Both the position numbers and the translations under genes were made by a program. This document shows, one piece after another, positions 1 through 13,291 of a stretch of DNA of 64,000 bases. How positions within the stretch are numbered: position 1 is the first letter of the stretch; every line of letters begins with the position of its first letter. This DNA is from Pelomyxa schiedti (lineage: Eukaryota; Protista; Evosea): positions 124,001-188,000 of the forward strand of contig JAHLWZ010000790.1 in the NCBI GenBank assembly GCA_020536535.1. The letters are read 5' to 3'. The notes below the pieces were generated by a model, which searched no databases, had not been told where the DNA came from, and was given only the letters and a program-made list of their open reading frames with translations.

Positions 1-82
1 GGTCGGTTGGGACACCGCCTTCGACCAAGTGGACGGTCTCCTCCGGGGGCTTCATCCCACAACACGGAAACGAGTTCCCCAT
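1..82 (-). CDS. 5' end of a gene running off the window; N-terminus MGNSFPCCG, a probable myristoylation plus palmitoylation signal
   Basis: Manual minus-strand translation from the ATG at 82: MGNSFPCCGMKPPEETVHLVEGGVPTD, open to position 1. Confidence 0.55.
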   Translation of the reverse strand, partial: MGNSFPCCGMKPPEETVHLVEGGVPTD

Positions 83-500
83 GGTGGTAGGTAGTTGTTG
101 TCGCGGCCACCAATCTCGAAAATGAAGAGTATTGGTTACGGCCCGTAACCTTACGGTTTGTTGTTGTTTCGGGGGCAGGCGATTTTTTTTTTGTTTGTTT
201 GGGTATTTTGTTGGTGAAAAAAATGAAATGGACGTGTGAGTAACTTCCTGATCTGGAAGCTTATTTTTTTGTTGCTGTTAGCAGGCGGGTTCAAACCGGA
301 ACTCCGGTGAGTCCAAACTTGCAATATGGTGGTACTATGTCTCTAGGCATGCATTTCAACATCAAAGACGCTGTGTAATCTTTGCCAGCTGGAAGTCGCA
401 TTGTACAGTTTAAACTATAAATCATACAGGAAAAAAGACACCCAACCTTCACAGAGTGAAAAAACGAAATCGGATATAATTATCTTCTTGGGCTCTTCTT

Positions 501-1713
501 TTATTCATAAGATTGCGTGCGTGATGTGGGTATCTTGAAGGAAGCGAATCCAGTACAGTTGGAGTCTCGTTCCTGTGCTTCATAGAAAAGGAGTTGCGGA
601 GTTCCCCGATTCAGGAAGTGTGACAAGTAAACCATGAGGATTGTGGGCCACATCCCACACATGCCTTTGTCAAATACCATTCATTATTTCAAATATGTGT
701 TTATGGTGTCGATGCATTTGCCCTCGGTTTTTTTTTTTTTTGGGAGGGGGGTTATGGCATACTGCATTGGATTCCTCTGTCAAATATCATTTGAGGGTCT
801 CCAGCTTGTATGGCTTCAAGAACTGGAGCGTCTTTGAGACTTAACAGTAATTACACTTTCAGTATAAAGGTGAAACAAGAACTTACCGGACATATTCCGT
901 TACTGTAAGCCCTAGTTGGTCATGGTAATATTCAGGCTTCTCGTAGTAGGCAGGCCCTGCATGAGTAAAGTCCGTAGTTGAAACCACAAGTACAGAATCC
1001 CTCGAAGATTCCATTGAGCGAATCCATCCACCAAGCACAGCAGCTAGTCTCAAAGCATCCTCTACGGCAACCAGGTCCCCAACAAGAACCGGTACAATCC
1101 GGAACCGCCTTCCTAAGCGCTCAAACGCAACCATCAGCATAGGCAGCTGGTTTTCCACGCTGTGTTCCCTCTGATGAGCCTGCTCATCAACCACCAGGAA
1201 CTCTTCTGCCCCCCGGAATTCCAGCAGTGATGACACCGCATCGCAGTCGACCTCCACGTCCCCCATTGGTGTATTCCACACATCACATCGAGATAACATC
1301 ACCCTCCCACAGCCAGCACCACCGTGGTTGGTTCCAAGAATCACAATAGTGGCTGTCATTCCACAGGAGCCTAAAAACTCCGCATTGGTGACCAGCCCCC
1401 TCAACACACAACACCCATAATATCTACGCATAGACAAGCAAGTGGCGAGTGACCTTGGGCCAGGGTCCCAATGGCCAAAGCGGCCGCCCTTCCCGATGGG
1501 TCTTGATACGCACCGTGAGGCACAATTACACCCCACAACGACTCCGTGCTGCTGCTGCTGCTTCTTGTGATTGTGATTGTGACAGCGGTGGTTGTTGGTG
1601 GCTTCTGTGTTGTGGGGTGGTAGGAGGGAGTGTACTAGTGTGCCCAGTGGAATGGCACTGGACGGGAAGTAGTGGCACAAGGCCGTTCTTGTGTTGCAAG
1701 CGGCGTGATGCAT
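501..1713 (-). CDS. MEMO1 / AmmeMemoRadiSam protein B family dioxygenase-fold protein (multi-exon)
   Basis: Motifs GVIVPHGAY (alternative frame, ~1500), ILGTNHGG, WNTPMG, EHSVENQLP, STTDFTHAG and, in the 3' exons, KGMCGMWP; stop at 501-503. Confidence 0.85.
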
Positions 1714-1739
1714 AGTGTGTTATGGGAATTTAAAATTTA

Positions 1740-2710
1740 TTCTCTTGGCGAGTATTTACTTTGGCTTTTTGTTTTGGTTTGGTTTTGTGACTCCTCGAAA
1801 GGCATGCCTGGAATGCCTCCATGCCTTTTGGTGAGGCACTGTTTTTTCAAGTTATACAAGGAAACTACTTGGGATCCAATGTGACATAGAAAGAGGAAAC
1901 CCAACTGGGAATTGGTAAGAAATGGATAACCTTGAGGAGCAATATACCCTCTTTGGCCGTTGAATTCGGCAGCCCACCAACCATCCTGGTCCTCCTTGTC
2001 AATAATTTTGAGCCTGTCACCCCGCTGGAAAGACAGTTCGTTCTATGGGGAATGTGAGGAGAAAAATGAAAGAAGGAAATATACTATATACATACAGAAT
2101 TGGTAGAAGTGTAACCGGCTATAGCAGTAGCATACAATTCAGCTGATGTTGCTGGTGACGTTGTGGCAGGGGTTGTTGCGGGGGTGGTGGCGGGAGTTGA
2201 AGCAACAGGCGTGGGAATCGCAGCAGTTGTAGTAGTAGCAGCAGCACCCGTTGGTGTGGGGTCGTCGGGTTTTTTGCGTTCTTTGACAACTTGTTGCATC
2301 AAACGGTTTATACTAGGAGGTCAAGTGCAAGTGAGTATAGATATCAATGAGCTTCTCTTACCCAGCCGTCCACAGTTCCCCAGCCCTATCACCATCAGCA
2401 CGCATTTTCCAGTCCCTATCGTGCGTGGAGAGAGAGATTTGCGTGCGTTGCTTATCACCTTTGTCTTTGTTCTCCACTGTTATTCTGAATGAATAAACCT
2501 CGCGCAGTGATACTTGGCCCTGCCCACATAAGTTGGTACAATCCCGTGGCCCATATGGGTATTTGGTTTGAAACCTTCTTCGCTCGACAAGTTTCATCAG
2601 TGTAGTATGCTAGTACAAATGGCTCAGAAGCACTGTTTGAGAACCATCTTTTTTTCCAAGTTTTGTGTATAGCACCTAGTTTTACAAGCCAACCTTTCAC
2701 AATCTATGGA
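1740..2710 (-). CDS. PH-domain plus SH3-domain adaptor protein with a Thr/Ala/Pro linker (multi-exon; ends approximate)
   Basis: PH: KGWLVKLGAIHKTWKKRWF...LAYY. SH3: YATAIAGY...ELSFQRGDRLKIIDKEDQDGWWAAEFNGQRGYI (manual translation, 1940-2040). Confidence 0.85.
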
Positions 2711-2880
2711 AATACAAAAAAAAAAAAAAAGTTAACTGGGCCGTTGTTGCAGTGCAAGTAATAGCGTGCGTACATGTGAATATAATTTCTTAAGAAAAAG
2801 ACAAGATCAAAGCACTACACCACAACACGACGTTGCAGTGCATGATGCACTTTTGTTTTATTTTGTGTTTGTGAGGCACC

Positions 2881-3890
2881 ATGTCATCTGACGGTGCAGT
2901 GCTCATTTGTACAAGACACGCCGGGGTTTTAATTATTTGTTGTCACAGTGGCTACTGCTTTTGTTCTTTCCAGCGGTTTGACAAAAGGAGATAAAAATAA
3001 TGATTTTATCGTTGAGCGCTTTTCGGCCTGTTGTGGAGATGACACCCCGCGATCACAATCACATAATAATCAAGGTTATTTCCAGATCTTACGTAGAGGT
3101 TATGGGCTGGGAGTTGCGGTTGTTCTTTGAGCTGCGATCTACCGCTGAAGCGGAGGATCTCAACGTATTCCGCATGGTGGGTGCGAGGGAGACAGGCGGA
3201 ATTGAAAGAAGGACCGACGACTATATTGTGCTTGACGAATGTTTTGGGTAATCGCGAGACAGTGTGCACGTTTTCCGCCTTTACTTGGACACATTTTTTT
3301 CCGTACAAACGCACATAGACTTAAATTCCGAGATTCGTCATCTCTGGAACTCAAAGAACGACTTGAAGTGGATGGACGCTATCATGCTGAAAAATGGAAA
3401 AAGTCATACCTTCACGGTTCTTTTGTTTAGGCCTTCCACCCGTATAACATTTGTACCTGCTCCCCCCCCACAGGAACGTTGCACGACCCTATTCCCCTTT
3501 CTGACCTTCAATACTCTCTTTCACGGTGTCCCGTGAGTAACCCTACACGCCTTCAGGCTGTTGCATCCCGATTGCCAGCCAGTGTCCCTTTGGTAAAGGT
3601 ATTTGATAGCTCTGTTCACACAAGCTTGTTCCATTGTAAATATGTGGAAATTTCCTCAAGCTTACTCAGGTTGCCAAGCAGCGGAAGTCGTTTTCTGCCC
3701 CTCTGAGAGCTTTTTCTCCGACCGCCTCCGGCGGGTCTGTCTCTGCGGAGCAGACAGATATTGATGTAAGTATACAAGGTACTTCACTAGGCCGATACCG
3801 CAGCATCTGCGTCGAAGGTGGCCTACCCCTATCACTAGATACTGTATGTGAGTACCTGCAAGCACGGAGCATCACTTTCATGATGGCCGG
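2881..3890 (+). CDS. Hypothetical multi-exon protein, family not recognised
   Basis: Open blocks 3000-3251 and 3320-3415 joined by a GT-AG intron (...ECF/DLNSEIRHLWNSKNDLKWMDAIMLKNGK); further exon-like blocks to ~3890. Start uncertain. Confidence 0.45.
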
Positions 3891-4022
3891 ATACCCAGAA
3901 TTTCTATTTAGAACAGCTGGAGGAGGACACTGACAATCAAAAAATTTTGCTCCAACAAACTAGAAGGAAATCCAACACAAAAACATCCCTCTTTTGTTTA
4001 GGAGAGGGTTTTTTCTTTATTA

Positions 4023-6752
4023 CTACGTGTTTTCATCTGGTTGAGTGTTTGGAGGACTGCTGCTTGTGAAAGAAAGGCACGGCTTGTCACCACACTCACA
4101 AGACACCGGGAGTGGATTCAACGAGGGATTGTTGAACACATCATCATTGTCATCTTCTGCCTCGTCATCTGCTTCATCGCCGTCAACGTGTGGGGTGCTG
4201 GTGACCGGCTTTATGGATGCAAGTATCTCTGCTGTGTCCGGAATGTCGTCGCAGTAAGCGTAGGCGGAAGAGGTTCTGCTTGTGCTTGTTGTTGAGGTAG
4301 ATGTTGGTTGTGGTTGTTGTGACGGGTGTGGGTCTTTGCCCTTTTCCTGTGTAATGAAACAGCCTGTATCGCTCCCACTTTCGTGGCCGGGCTTGGAATC
4401 TAATATAACAACGCTGCTCGGAATGTCGTCATCCAGTCTGGCCGGTTTCACTTCCAATATCAGACAGGAATCCTGGGTGAGTGTCTGTGTTTGTTGACTT
4501 GGCTGTGTGGGTGGTGCATATTTTTCCCGCAACTCCTCCACAAGGTCCCCTATTTTCTTGCGCATGAGTGCAAACTTCTCAGATGTTAGAGTGTGCTCCC
4601 AGTTGTTAAGATCATCAATGCAAGTTGGGAGCTGAGTGACAAATGTCTCGACAAACACCAGCAGATACAATCCACAGTCAACGTAATTCGTTTGGCGGGG
4701 AACGGTGGGTGCAAATGGCGCAAGGTGGTCCCATTGTACAGTTACTGATGAGGTTTCATCCTTGTCCAACTGGGAGCCGTGTTTTTCTTGCCACTCCCAC
4801 TGCAAGAAACTACCCAGCACAGAAAGTGTGGTATAACTCACTCCCATTAACAGACTGTCCAGAAATATTACGCAAGGTGATTCTTTGAAGGAAGATGATG
4901 GCATGCACACGATGGCAAGGCTCCAATGAGCACCCTCATGAATAGGCACGATTATGTACTGCTTCTCAAATAGGTCGGTTTTTGTCCAACTACAAAGTGT
5001 TTTGTAGGCACTGGAATCACCATGATGTTTTTGGTGGGTGAGTGAGAGTTTCTTGAAGAAAAATGGGTTGAAGAAATGACATAATTGTTGCCGGTCGGGT
5101 GGAAGCGTATTGTAGATATACTGCATGTAGAACTCGATAATACTATCGTTCACCATTTCGTGAGGTTCGAGCCTCTTCAGGTCTTCAAGTGTTATGGCAA
5201 TAGCACCACTGCGACTGGTTGGGTAAACCATAACTACGTCATTTTTTGTGCTTTTTCGTGCTGGAATCTGCGGAGGCTCAGGGGAACCCTGCGTTTTTTC
5301 GTGTTTTGACTTGGACCTACGCCTGGGAATCACAGGGCACTCGGGTTCCTCTTCAGCGTCAAAATCAAAGGGACCTTTCTCTACAGACCGGCGGTGAGGA
5401 TGGGTCTTGTGTGTATGTTCCTGGATTCAGGTTATGAATAGGTGGCAAATCTTAAACACGGAGCGTGCCTGTTGCCGATTTTCTGAGTCAGGAGAGTCAC
5501 CATCAACAACATACTCGAGATCAAGAGCACTACAGAAAATGAGCAAGTATCAAGTAGTGAGAAAGTGCATACTTTTTACTAGCAGCATGGTTTTTGGGTT
5601 TTTTCTTCTTTCTGGGATTAGAGATCGGGGTTGGCGGTCTTTTCCTTTCTTGTGTCCTTTCTTGTGTACTCTACATGCTGCAACTTAAGTTGGAAATAAG
5701 ATAGTAGCTAAGAACAGTACGTCTTCAGGATTGGCCACAGGGGAAGGACATTTATCTGCAACAGTCACTTTCTCGTCCTGGCGTTCTTCTCGCAGAGCTG
5801 GGGACTGCGGAGAGTGACAACAGGTTATTTCTAGTTCTGGTTTCTCAACCGCCAAGGCGTCCCTTGAGTTTGAGGTGACTTGCTTTGCCTGTTCTCCAGG
5901 TGAATCTGGTATTGTAACAATGTTCTTGGCCACATTCGAGTCACATGGTGAGTCGGTTGCTTCAATGAGTACAGGTGATCTTGAAGAAGGCACATCCCTC
6001 GAAACTTGGACTTCCTCTTCAAGAGGGGGCAGCTTCTCATACATTTTCTTTTGATCCAACAGAGAACTAGACTTGCTCTTCAGGGGTGTAGCCACTGCAG
6101 CTGCTCTCCTACCGTTGAATGATGATTCAGGTGGTACATGGGGATCTTCGGGACTGCACAAATCAACAACAGCTGCGCCATTGTCATTGTGTTTATCAGC
6201 GCTAGTATTCGTGGTGAAACTTCTATCAGGTTTTTTTCCTTCAGCAATCGGCTTTTTTGGCAGCGATTCCGGTCGTTTATCCCGAGGCTTAGTTGCATGT
6301 GGTGTGTGCAGGGCTGCTGCAGTACTTGACATGGAACCAATTGATGAAGTCAATAAGTCTTTGTGAACGCTATTGTTTCTAGCAGACATTGGACTCGAAG
6401 AAAGTCGGCTCCCGCGAGTCGTGTATCCGCGCGTGTCAGACGAGCCAGTGGTGATAATGTCAGAAATGATTTTGCGTTGATTTGTACTTGAACTTGCAGT
6501 CGCACTGATAGGAGCAGTTGTCTTTCTTGGGCTCGCGCCGTTTGAGGTGTCAGAAACCGCAAAATACGAGCCCTCGACGCGGAACGCGTCCGGATCTACG
6601 CCACCCGAGATGGAGAAACGCGGTTTGGAAGTCGTCGGTTTTGTGGGAGATCTTGTCGGCGACAACGGGCTCTGGAGCAACCGCACCGGATCGAAGACTT
6701 CTAGCGTTGGGTGTGCCGGCTTTTGTTTACGTCTGAATGTCGGCCGTGACAT
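4023..6752 (-). CDS. Ulp1-family (peptidase C48) SUMO protease, ULP2/SENP6-7-like, with a long disordered N-terminus
   Basis: VNDSIIEFY, FFNPFFFKKL, catalytic HWSL, LDS and QTNYVDCG motifs in ORF 4023-5333; Ser/Pro-rich exon 5700-6752. Confidence 0.92.
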
Positions 6753-7001
6753 CTCCGTAAATTTTTACCACTCCTTCGCCTTCTTGGTCTTTTAATTTCC
6801 GCGTTTGGCTGTTTCTCAGAGGCTTGGGTCCAGTCTGCTAGACTCTCTCAGGAAGATGGGATTGTCATGCCGTGGAATGCGGAGCGTGGGCGAAGAAGGA
6901 GTGACAGCGGGGACTATGTGGCCAGGTAGCGAACAGATTTCCTCAACCTGAACGGTTCGGTTCAGAAGAAGAAAAACTGCCGGAGGCTTTCCAATCGCTG
7001 A

Positions 7002-10000
7002 ATGAAAAAGGGAGGCACTGGGAGCCGTCGAGATGCCAAGCACGACACAGAGGCCGGCACGCCGAAGCCCAGATCTACGGTAACAACTACGAGTACAAGT
7101 AGCACAACCGGCACTACCAGAGAGGCCGAAAACACGGGAGGACTGCAGGCTGCCAAGATCTCAACCCCGTGCGGCGATGAAAATCTTACTGCGGAGCAGA
7201 GGGCGAAGCGCGACGAAATGGTGGCTAGCTTTTTGGATGCAGATCCTGAAAATGGCATCGACGTTTGTTGTGAGTGGCCACCCCTTTGGGTGCTCATTTT
7301 TTCATTCCGACTTATCTCTCTCTCTCTTTTTTTTTTTTTTTTTTTTTGTTTTTTTTCTCCTTTGCTGCTAGTCTCTTTTGATACCACTGGCTCGATGTAT
7401 TGCTACCTTAAAGAAGTGAATAGCTCTCTAGTCTTTGTGTATCTCATGGTTGGCAGGTACGGACCCAAGTGGAGGAAACCGCACGAAATTTGTTCAAGAT
7501 GATCCCTCAAATGCGAATTTCCATTATCACTCATGGAGATTTTTGTGATGATGAGAAAGCTATTAACATCCTTGATTTTACCAATCGTATGAGTTTTTGT
7601 ATTGCAATTTAATCCAACTGCACCAAACAGGCGTTGAAGAGGTGTGCAGATTCATCAAGGATGCCCCATGCACTTGTGGTACCGTCCGTTTCTTCTGTGA
7701 CTCTTCCTGTTAACTCTTCTTAACCAAGGTGGTGATCTCCCCGAAAATTACGAGTTCGTTTTGCATAAAGCATACGACTTAAGTTGGGTTCCCAACCATG
7801 CCAAAGCACTAGTACTCATTGGCGACTGTGAACCTCACCCCCCAAGGTGAATACAAGGGTCAAGATACCTTTAATAAAACCTTCAAGTTACACTGACCGT
7901 GGTTTCAACTGGCGTAATTGCGTTGAGAGACTGTTCAGAAATAAAGGAGTCAAGGTTTCTACACTTAGTTGGCAGGTTAACCCAACCACAAAAAGATCTA
8001 TGGGTGCCACTGCTCCCCATCGACTAGGGTTACCCCTTTCTACGTGGATATTTCCCGCAGGTCAGGGGGAGGTATGACCAATAACTTTGGGTGTATCTTA
8101 CTGTATTAGTTTATTTTACTCTCAAGGATTTCTCCTTGGTTACTCACATGTTCAAGGCTGTATGCTATAGGGAATACAGCATTGAACAGTTAAGAAGGTA
8201 CGCCTCAGAAGTGACATCATCAGAGAAAATGAAGGTTGGACTTCCAATAAAATCAAGATAAATCTACAACCCCTTCCCAGGAATCCATGAAAGACATGTT
8301 TGATGCTATGATAGCAGACTTGCAGTTTCAGGATCCTCCAGCCCGCCTTTCTGTATGGCAGTGTGTCCTATTTTTTGGATAACTCTCACTCAGGACCCGT
8401 GGTGGGATATTTCTCTCGATTCCAACACCGTGCCTCGCTATTATTCACACAATGGCGATAGGGCCTGGAAAACCTCTAAAGCCCCAGAAATAGAAAGTTT
8501 CTTCCTTTCTTTTTTGTAATAGACATATTTACACATCTGTAGCACCTCTGGCCTTGTATGACCTTTTTGATCCAACGATCGCCACGCGAGATACAGCTCC
8601 ATCAACTACAGGAGACAAAACCACAGCAAAGCCGGATCCTGGAGAGAAAACTTCACCAAAAGACTCTCCCACATATAAAGACCCACCTGACTCACCACAC
8701 ACTCGATGCAAGATAACCGAAGCGGAACACCACGGTGCAAACACTCGCACTGGAAGTCGTATACTAGAGACAAGGGAGCCCGTGACGACTCTTGTGGAGC
8801 AGAAGGTTTTTGTTACGCAGAAATCAATCTTAATGATCTCCAGGCAGCCCGTGCCGCCGTACTTGCGGCTGAGCTTACTCCACCACCTTCCACAGCGGAA
8901 CTGTTTCTTCGAGATGGATGGATAGTCAAAAACGGTGAACTTATACACCTGACAAGAGAGGAAAGCATAAAATATACGAAAGAACGCATTGCCTCTCTAA
9001 AGATCACTACTGCCTCATGTGTCAGCTCTACTGACAGTATGCCCAGCGCAGAACAACCACGTGAGATAATTCCAACAAAAATTAAGTCAAGTGTGCATGA
9101 TGCAGGACGCAAGGTACTTTTTTTTTCCCCTCGCAGTTTTTAATCCCACCAAAGCTCACACCAGAAGAAAGCAAAGTATTTGCCACAAAAAGACTGATGA
9201 GAGACCTCAAAGAATTGGAACGAACAATTATCTACAACGTATCAGCCAGACCCCTTCCAGATGATATATTCGTCTGGCATTGCAACATGGTGAGAAATCA
9301 CCTCATCGTTTCTCAAGTTTCATCTCCTACAGGGTGGCCCTCCGCTTACACCGTATTCTGATGTTGTCTTCCATTTAGTTATCAAGTGGGCCCTCCAAAT
9401 CTTACTGACAATGTACTGAACTGTTTACTTCCAGGTTCTCTATCAAGTATCCTAGAAAACCTCCAGTAGTAAATGTAATTTTTTTTCTGCTATTTTATAA
9501 GTTTTAATGCCTGTGTAGATATGCACAAAACTCTATCACCCAAATGGTTCCCACCCTTTTTCCTTTTCCGTATTTTAGTTTATTGTGCCAACAACATTGC
9601 AGTATTTGGATGTTGGGTGTGCTTAGATATGCTCGAAAATGGAGTGTGGGATGAACTAATGGATGGTGCTACTTTTACCGGCTGGAGTTCGGGTGTATGA
9701 GCTTCTTCTTTCACAGACCTCCTTTGATTTTCTTAGTATTCCCTCACGACTATATTGATTCAATTACAAGCTTTTCTTTTTGCTGGGATTGAAACGGCAC
9801 CAAGAATCATTGAAGCAACACGTAAGCTGGCTCTCCACTACAAATGTGCGGAATGTGGGCATCAAGGGGCTCCAGAGAAGGTTTTCCTTCTCTAAAACCA
9901 GAGGTTTGAATTAGCCTTACATATTGCAGATTTTTCCCCCGTTCACCTATACAACATTACCACGTTACTCAAAAGAAAAGCGCGTACTTGTGAAATCCAC

Positions 10001-13000
10001 ACCCGCCCCAGCCACCCCAAGTTCGAAATCTACACCACCTACAGCCACCCCAAGTAAAACTGAAACAGTAGTTACAACAGCACCAAAGGTGGAAACCAGC
10101 GCTTCTCCTTCGGTTGTTGTTCCTTCAGCGGGCCTACCCACACCAACAGCAAATCATACAAAGAAATCACGTAAAACATCAGGCCTGCCTCCACTTCCTC
10201 TCCTTCCCACTCTTTGTATGCCTACCTCGCAAACAGTCAGCAGCTTGCAAGAGACGTCAGTCCTTGCAGAAGTGCCAAAATTTGTTAGACTGGAAGATTT
10301 GAAACCACGCATGAAAGTTACTGGCACAGTTACCAATGTAAAGAGAGAAATGGGGGTATTTGTTAATGTGGGCACTGAGCGTGATGGTTTAATTCCTGCT
10401 AGACTTCTTACTCGTGAGGACTGGTACATATTTTTTTTCTTTTTTTGCCCTCTACACAATCAATTTTCCAGGCAGCACCTCAGTTCTCCCAAGCAGATAG
10501 TGTATGCATTTGTTGAGTCCGTAAATCTGGCTTCAAGAAGGTTGTACCTGACATTATCTCTGGACCCTCTACAGGAAGTTTTTGAATCTCAAAAGACCTT
10601 ACATATAAAAGAGCTAGAACCTGGCATGGAATTGATTGGTTGTGCCACTAAAGTAGAACCATATTGTTACAATAAGACATAACGTTGTTTAGGTTACTGA
10701 ACAATGTGCATATTTGGATATAAAGGTTGTTGGCGATATTCCCGTTGCATGGGGTCATTCTCAGCCGTCCAGTTTGAGCCCAACTTCACGTGATTCCATA
10801 CCAGGAGGATCTTTAGAAACATCAACACTGTCCGCATCTCAGCCACCTACATCTTCATCAGTGGTAATACCCACCGCATCACTGACGTCCCCGCCTTCAA
10901 CAGCCATACCTACAGCAACATTCCCCACGCATTCCGGAGCCGCAGCTGCACCCGCACCCAAACCTACCAAACTTGTCGTAACCAAAACTGCACTGCGCCT
11001 TGTGACTGCTCAGTTGAGATCTGGCCAAGTTCGCGGGATAATTGTAATAGATGCTCGTGATTGTTTCAAGCCAGGAATGTTTCTACCCGTTCAAGTACTG
11101 CATGTTGACGCAGAGGACTGCAAAATTGATTTGATGTGCAAGCCCAAATCTACTCCACATACGGCTGTTAGGAAAATTACACGAAACGAGGACCTGATGA
11201 GTAGCTTGGAGGGAAATCCTATGTCAATTCTTTCTGTGGACTGCATGTGCACTATCTTTCTTTCTTTTTCCGTCTTTACAATATTTAGCTACAAAATTTT
11301 CCGATACTTATCCCCGATTGACATTACACGACTCGGAATGACATGCAAATTTTTCCATAAACTGTCAGCTGATGGTGTGAGCTATGTTTGGGAGCGAAAT
11401 GAGCTTGTGTGCTTTCATTCAAAAAGAACTTATCTTGAAGATACTCTGGGAGTTGGTTTGAATTTGGAAAATAAGGTTCCTCCATTTTCATGCCTATTTC
11501 TCACTTTTTTTTAGTTAAATGGCAAACTGGCCTATATTACAACTACTTTCGACTTGCTTTCGTAAAGTCCAAGAACAAAAAGAAAACTCTCACCATTACT
11601 AAAAAACAGCTATGACGCTTTCATGCTCGAAAAAGTGAGGATGGCAGCCTACCGGGAACCTTTTACACACTGGTTGCCACTCTACATTAATAAGTAGTTC
11701 GCTTCTTCATCACGTTTTCTTTTTGGTAAACAAATCTAGGAGGCATGCTGTTCAAGCAGTGCCCCTGGCCAAAGAAGCCATGGGAAAAGTATTTCTTATT
11801 AGGCTCAATTTGGGTTAATACTCTTAGATTTGTGCTGAATGCTATGGATCTTTTGAACCGTGGATGGTGTGTGAGGTCATCCCAAAAATAATGAACTCCC
11901 TCGTCGTGCAAGTAATGACTGGTAAACTCCATGCAAGCATCATGGCCATTGAGGGCTATTGTGCATTCCACCATCTTTTCTTGATGTTCCTTGATGTACC
12001 CTAAATTCTCTCTACCTACAACTCATTCTTGAATCCCTGCAGCTCTACCCAGAATTAAGAAGAAAAGTTGATGAAACTATTGAAACATTTATCAACGATG
12101 AGAAAACCCGCAATAAGCACCAAGTTCCTGCTTTAGGCGAGTGGCTGCCACTCCTTACAGTCACAGAAACATACAGGCATTCTTGTTGTATCCTCTTTTA
12201 TGTTATAGTTACATTCATGGTAGCTGGAACGATGTTGCCGTACCATATCTTCATGAGATGTTTGATAGAAACGTTTTGTGGACCCTAAAAAAGTTCCCAC
12301 AGCTTATCTATCCAACACCAATTGTAGATGAAGTCGCTCGAAAGGTTCGACTGGCAAAGGTTTTTGAAGCGACGACAGTTTCAAACCACCTGGCAATGTT
12401 CCACGTTTACTTCCTTAAGGTAGGAAAACTGAGTTGTATCACTAACGAATGGGTTTTTTTTTAGCACATTGGCCGTCCTGATGGAGTGTCACTAGCCCAA
12501 GTAAGGCAACTACTTGATATACGTTACGGCCGACCTACATACGGAATGAAGGATCAGCTGCAAAGAGTTTTTTCCCATCCTATAAATTTGTTTCTCTTAT
12601 GCAATTTTAGGCCATAAAGTCTATCAGACAAGTTAAGGATTGGGAAACTTGGTTCCAGAGAGTCCATGTCCCGTTCCCGGGGGAGATTAGTCTTTGCAAG
12701 TGGCTGAACAAGGCCTTGGAGAATTCAAGCAGGTTCTCATCCCAATTCCCGCCTTTTTCCACATCACATCCGCCGGGGGATAATAACTCAAACCAAAAAA
12801 AAAAAAAAAAAAAAAAAAAAACAACCAGGCGGCACTATCACAACGACGACGAGTTTCTAGAAACCGCAAGGCGGTCTGGCTTCTACTCACTTACTCCTTC
12901 CATGTACCCGTCGCCACCGTCCCTACCATCAAAGTCACCAACTTCAACCTCCAGACCACCGTCGTCGCCTTCAACAGCAAACAAAAAGCCCTCCAAATCC

Positions 13001-13072
13001 CGTCGTGCAACGGGGAAAGGGTCTTCAGGAGCCTCCCGGCACCTCAATGCTGAGGACGATGACGGCCTCTGA
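7002..13072 (+). CDS. Large multidomain protein: VWA - ubiquitin-conjugating (E2) - S1 RNA-binding repeats - F-box - conserved-looking C-terminal domain
   Basis: VWA: SFDTTGSMY, GGDLPENYE, LVLIGDCEPHPP. UBC: KRLMRDLKE, WHCN, KYPRKPP, HPNV...VCLDML...GWSS. S1: LEDLKPRMKVTGTVTNV...GVFVNVG and ELEPGMELIG. F-box: YLSPIDITRLGMTCKFF. In-frame splice paths found across the VWA-UBC junction. Confidence 0.75.
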
Positions 13073-13291
13073 GCCTCTCGATCTGAGATCTCACTTCACT
13101 GTCTTACAAACTCCTTCGAAAAACAAACCTAAGGACCCTATGGAATCTTCTCAGTCTACGTCACCATCGTAATGCCCACACCAACAACAAATAATTATCT
13201 CGTAATTCCCCGGTTTACGATGTTTTTGTTTCTACGATTTTCAGTACTGAGTAGAAAAAAACAAAAAATATAAAAAAAAAAAGGAAGGGTG

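Noticed and set aside
286-300. GGTTCAAACC, resembling a tRNA T-loop or B-box
   Set aside because: No cloverleaf or A-box could be built around it.
11687-11974. 95-aa minus-strand ORF that could be a nested gene or homing endonuclease
   Set aside because: It is the antisense shadow of plus-strand exons (PWMVCEVIPKIMNSLVVQVMTGKLHASIMAIEG) of the VWA-UBC gene.
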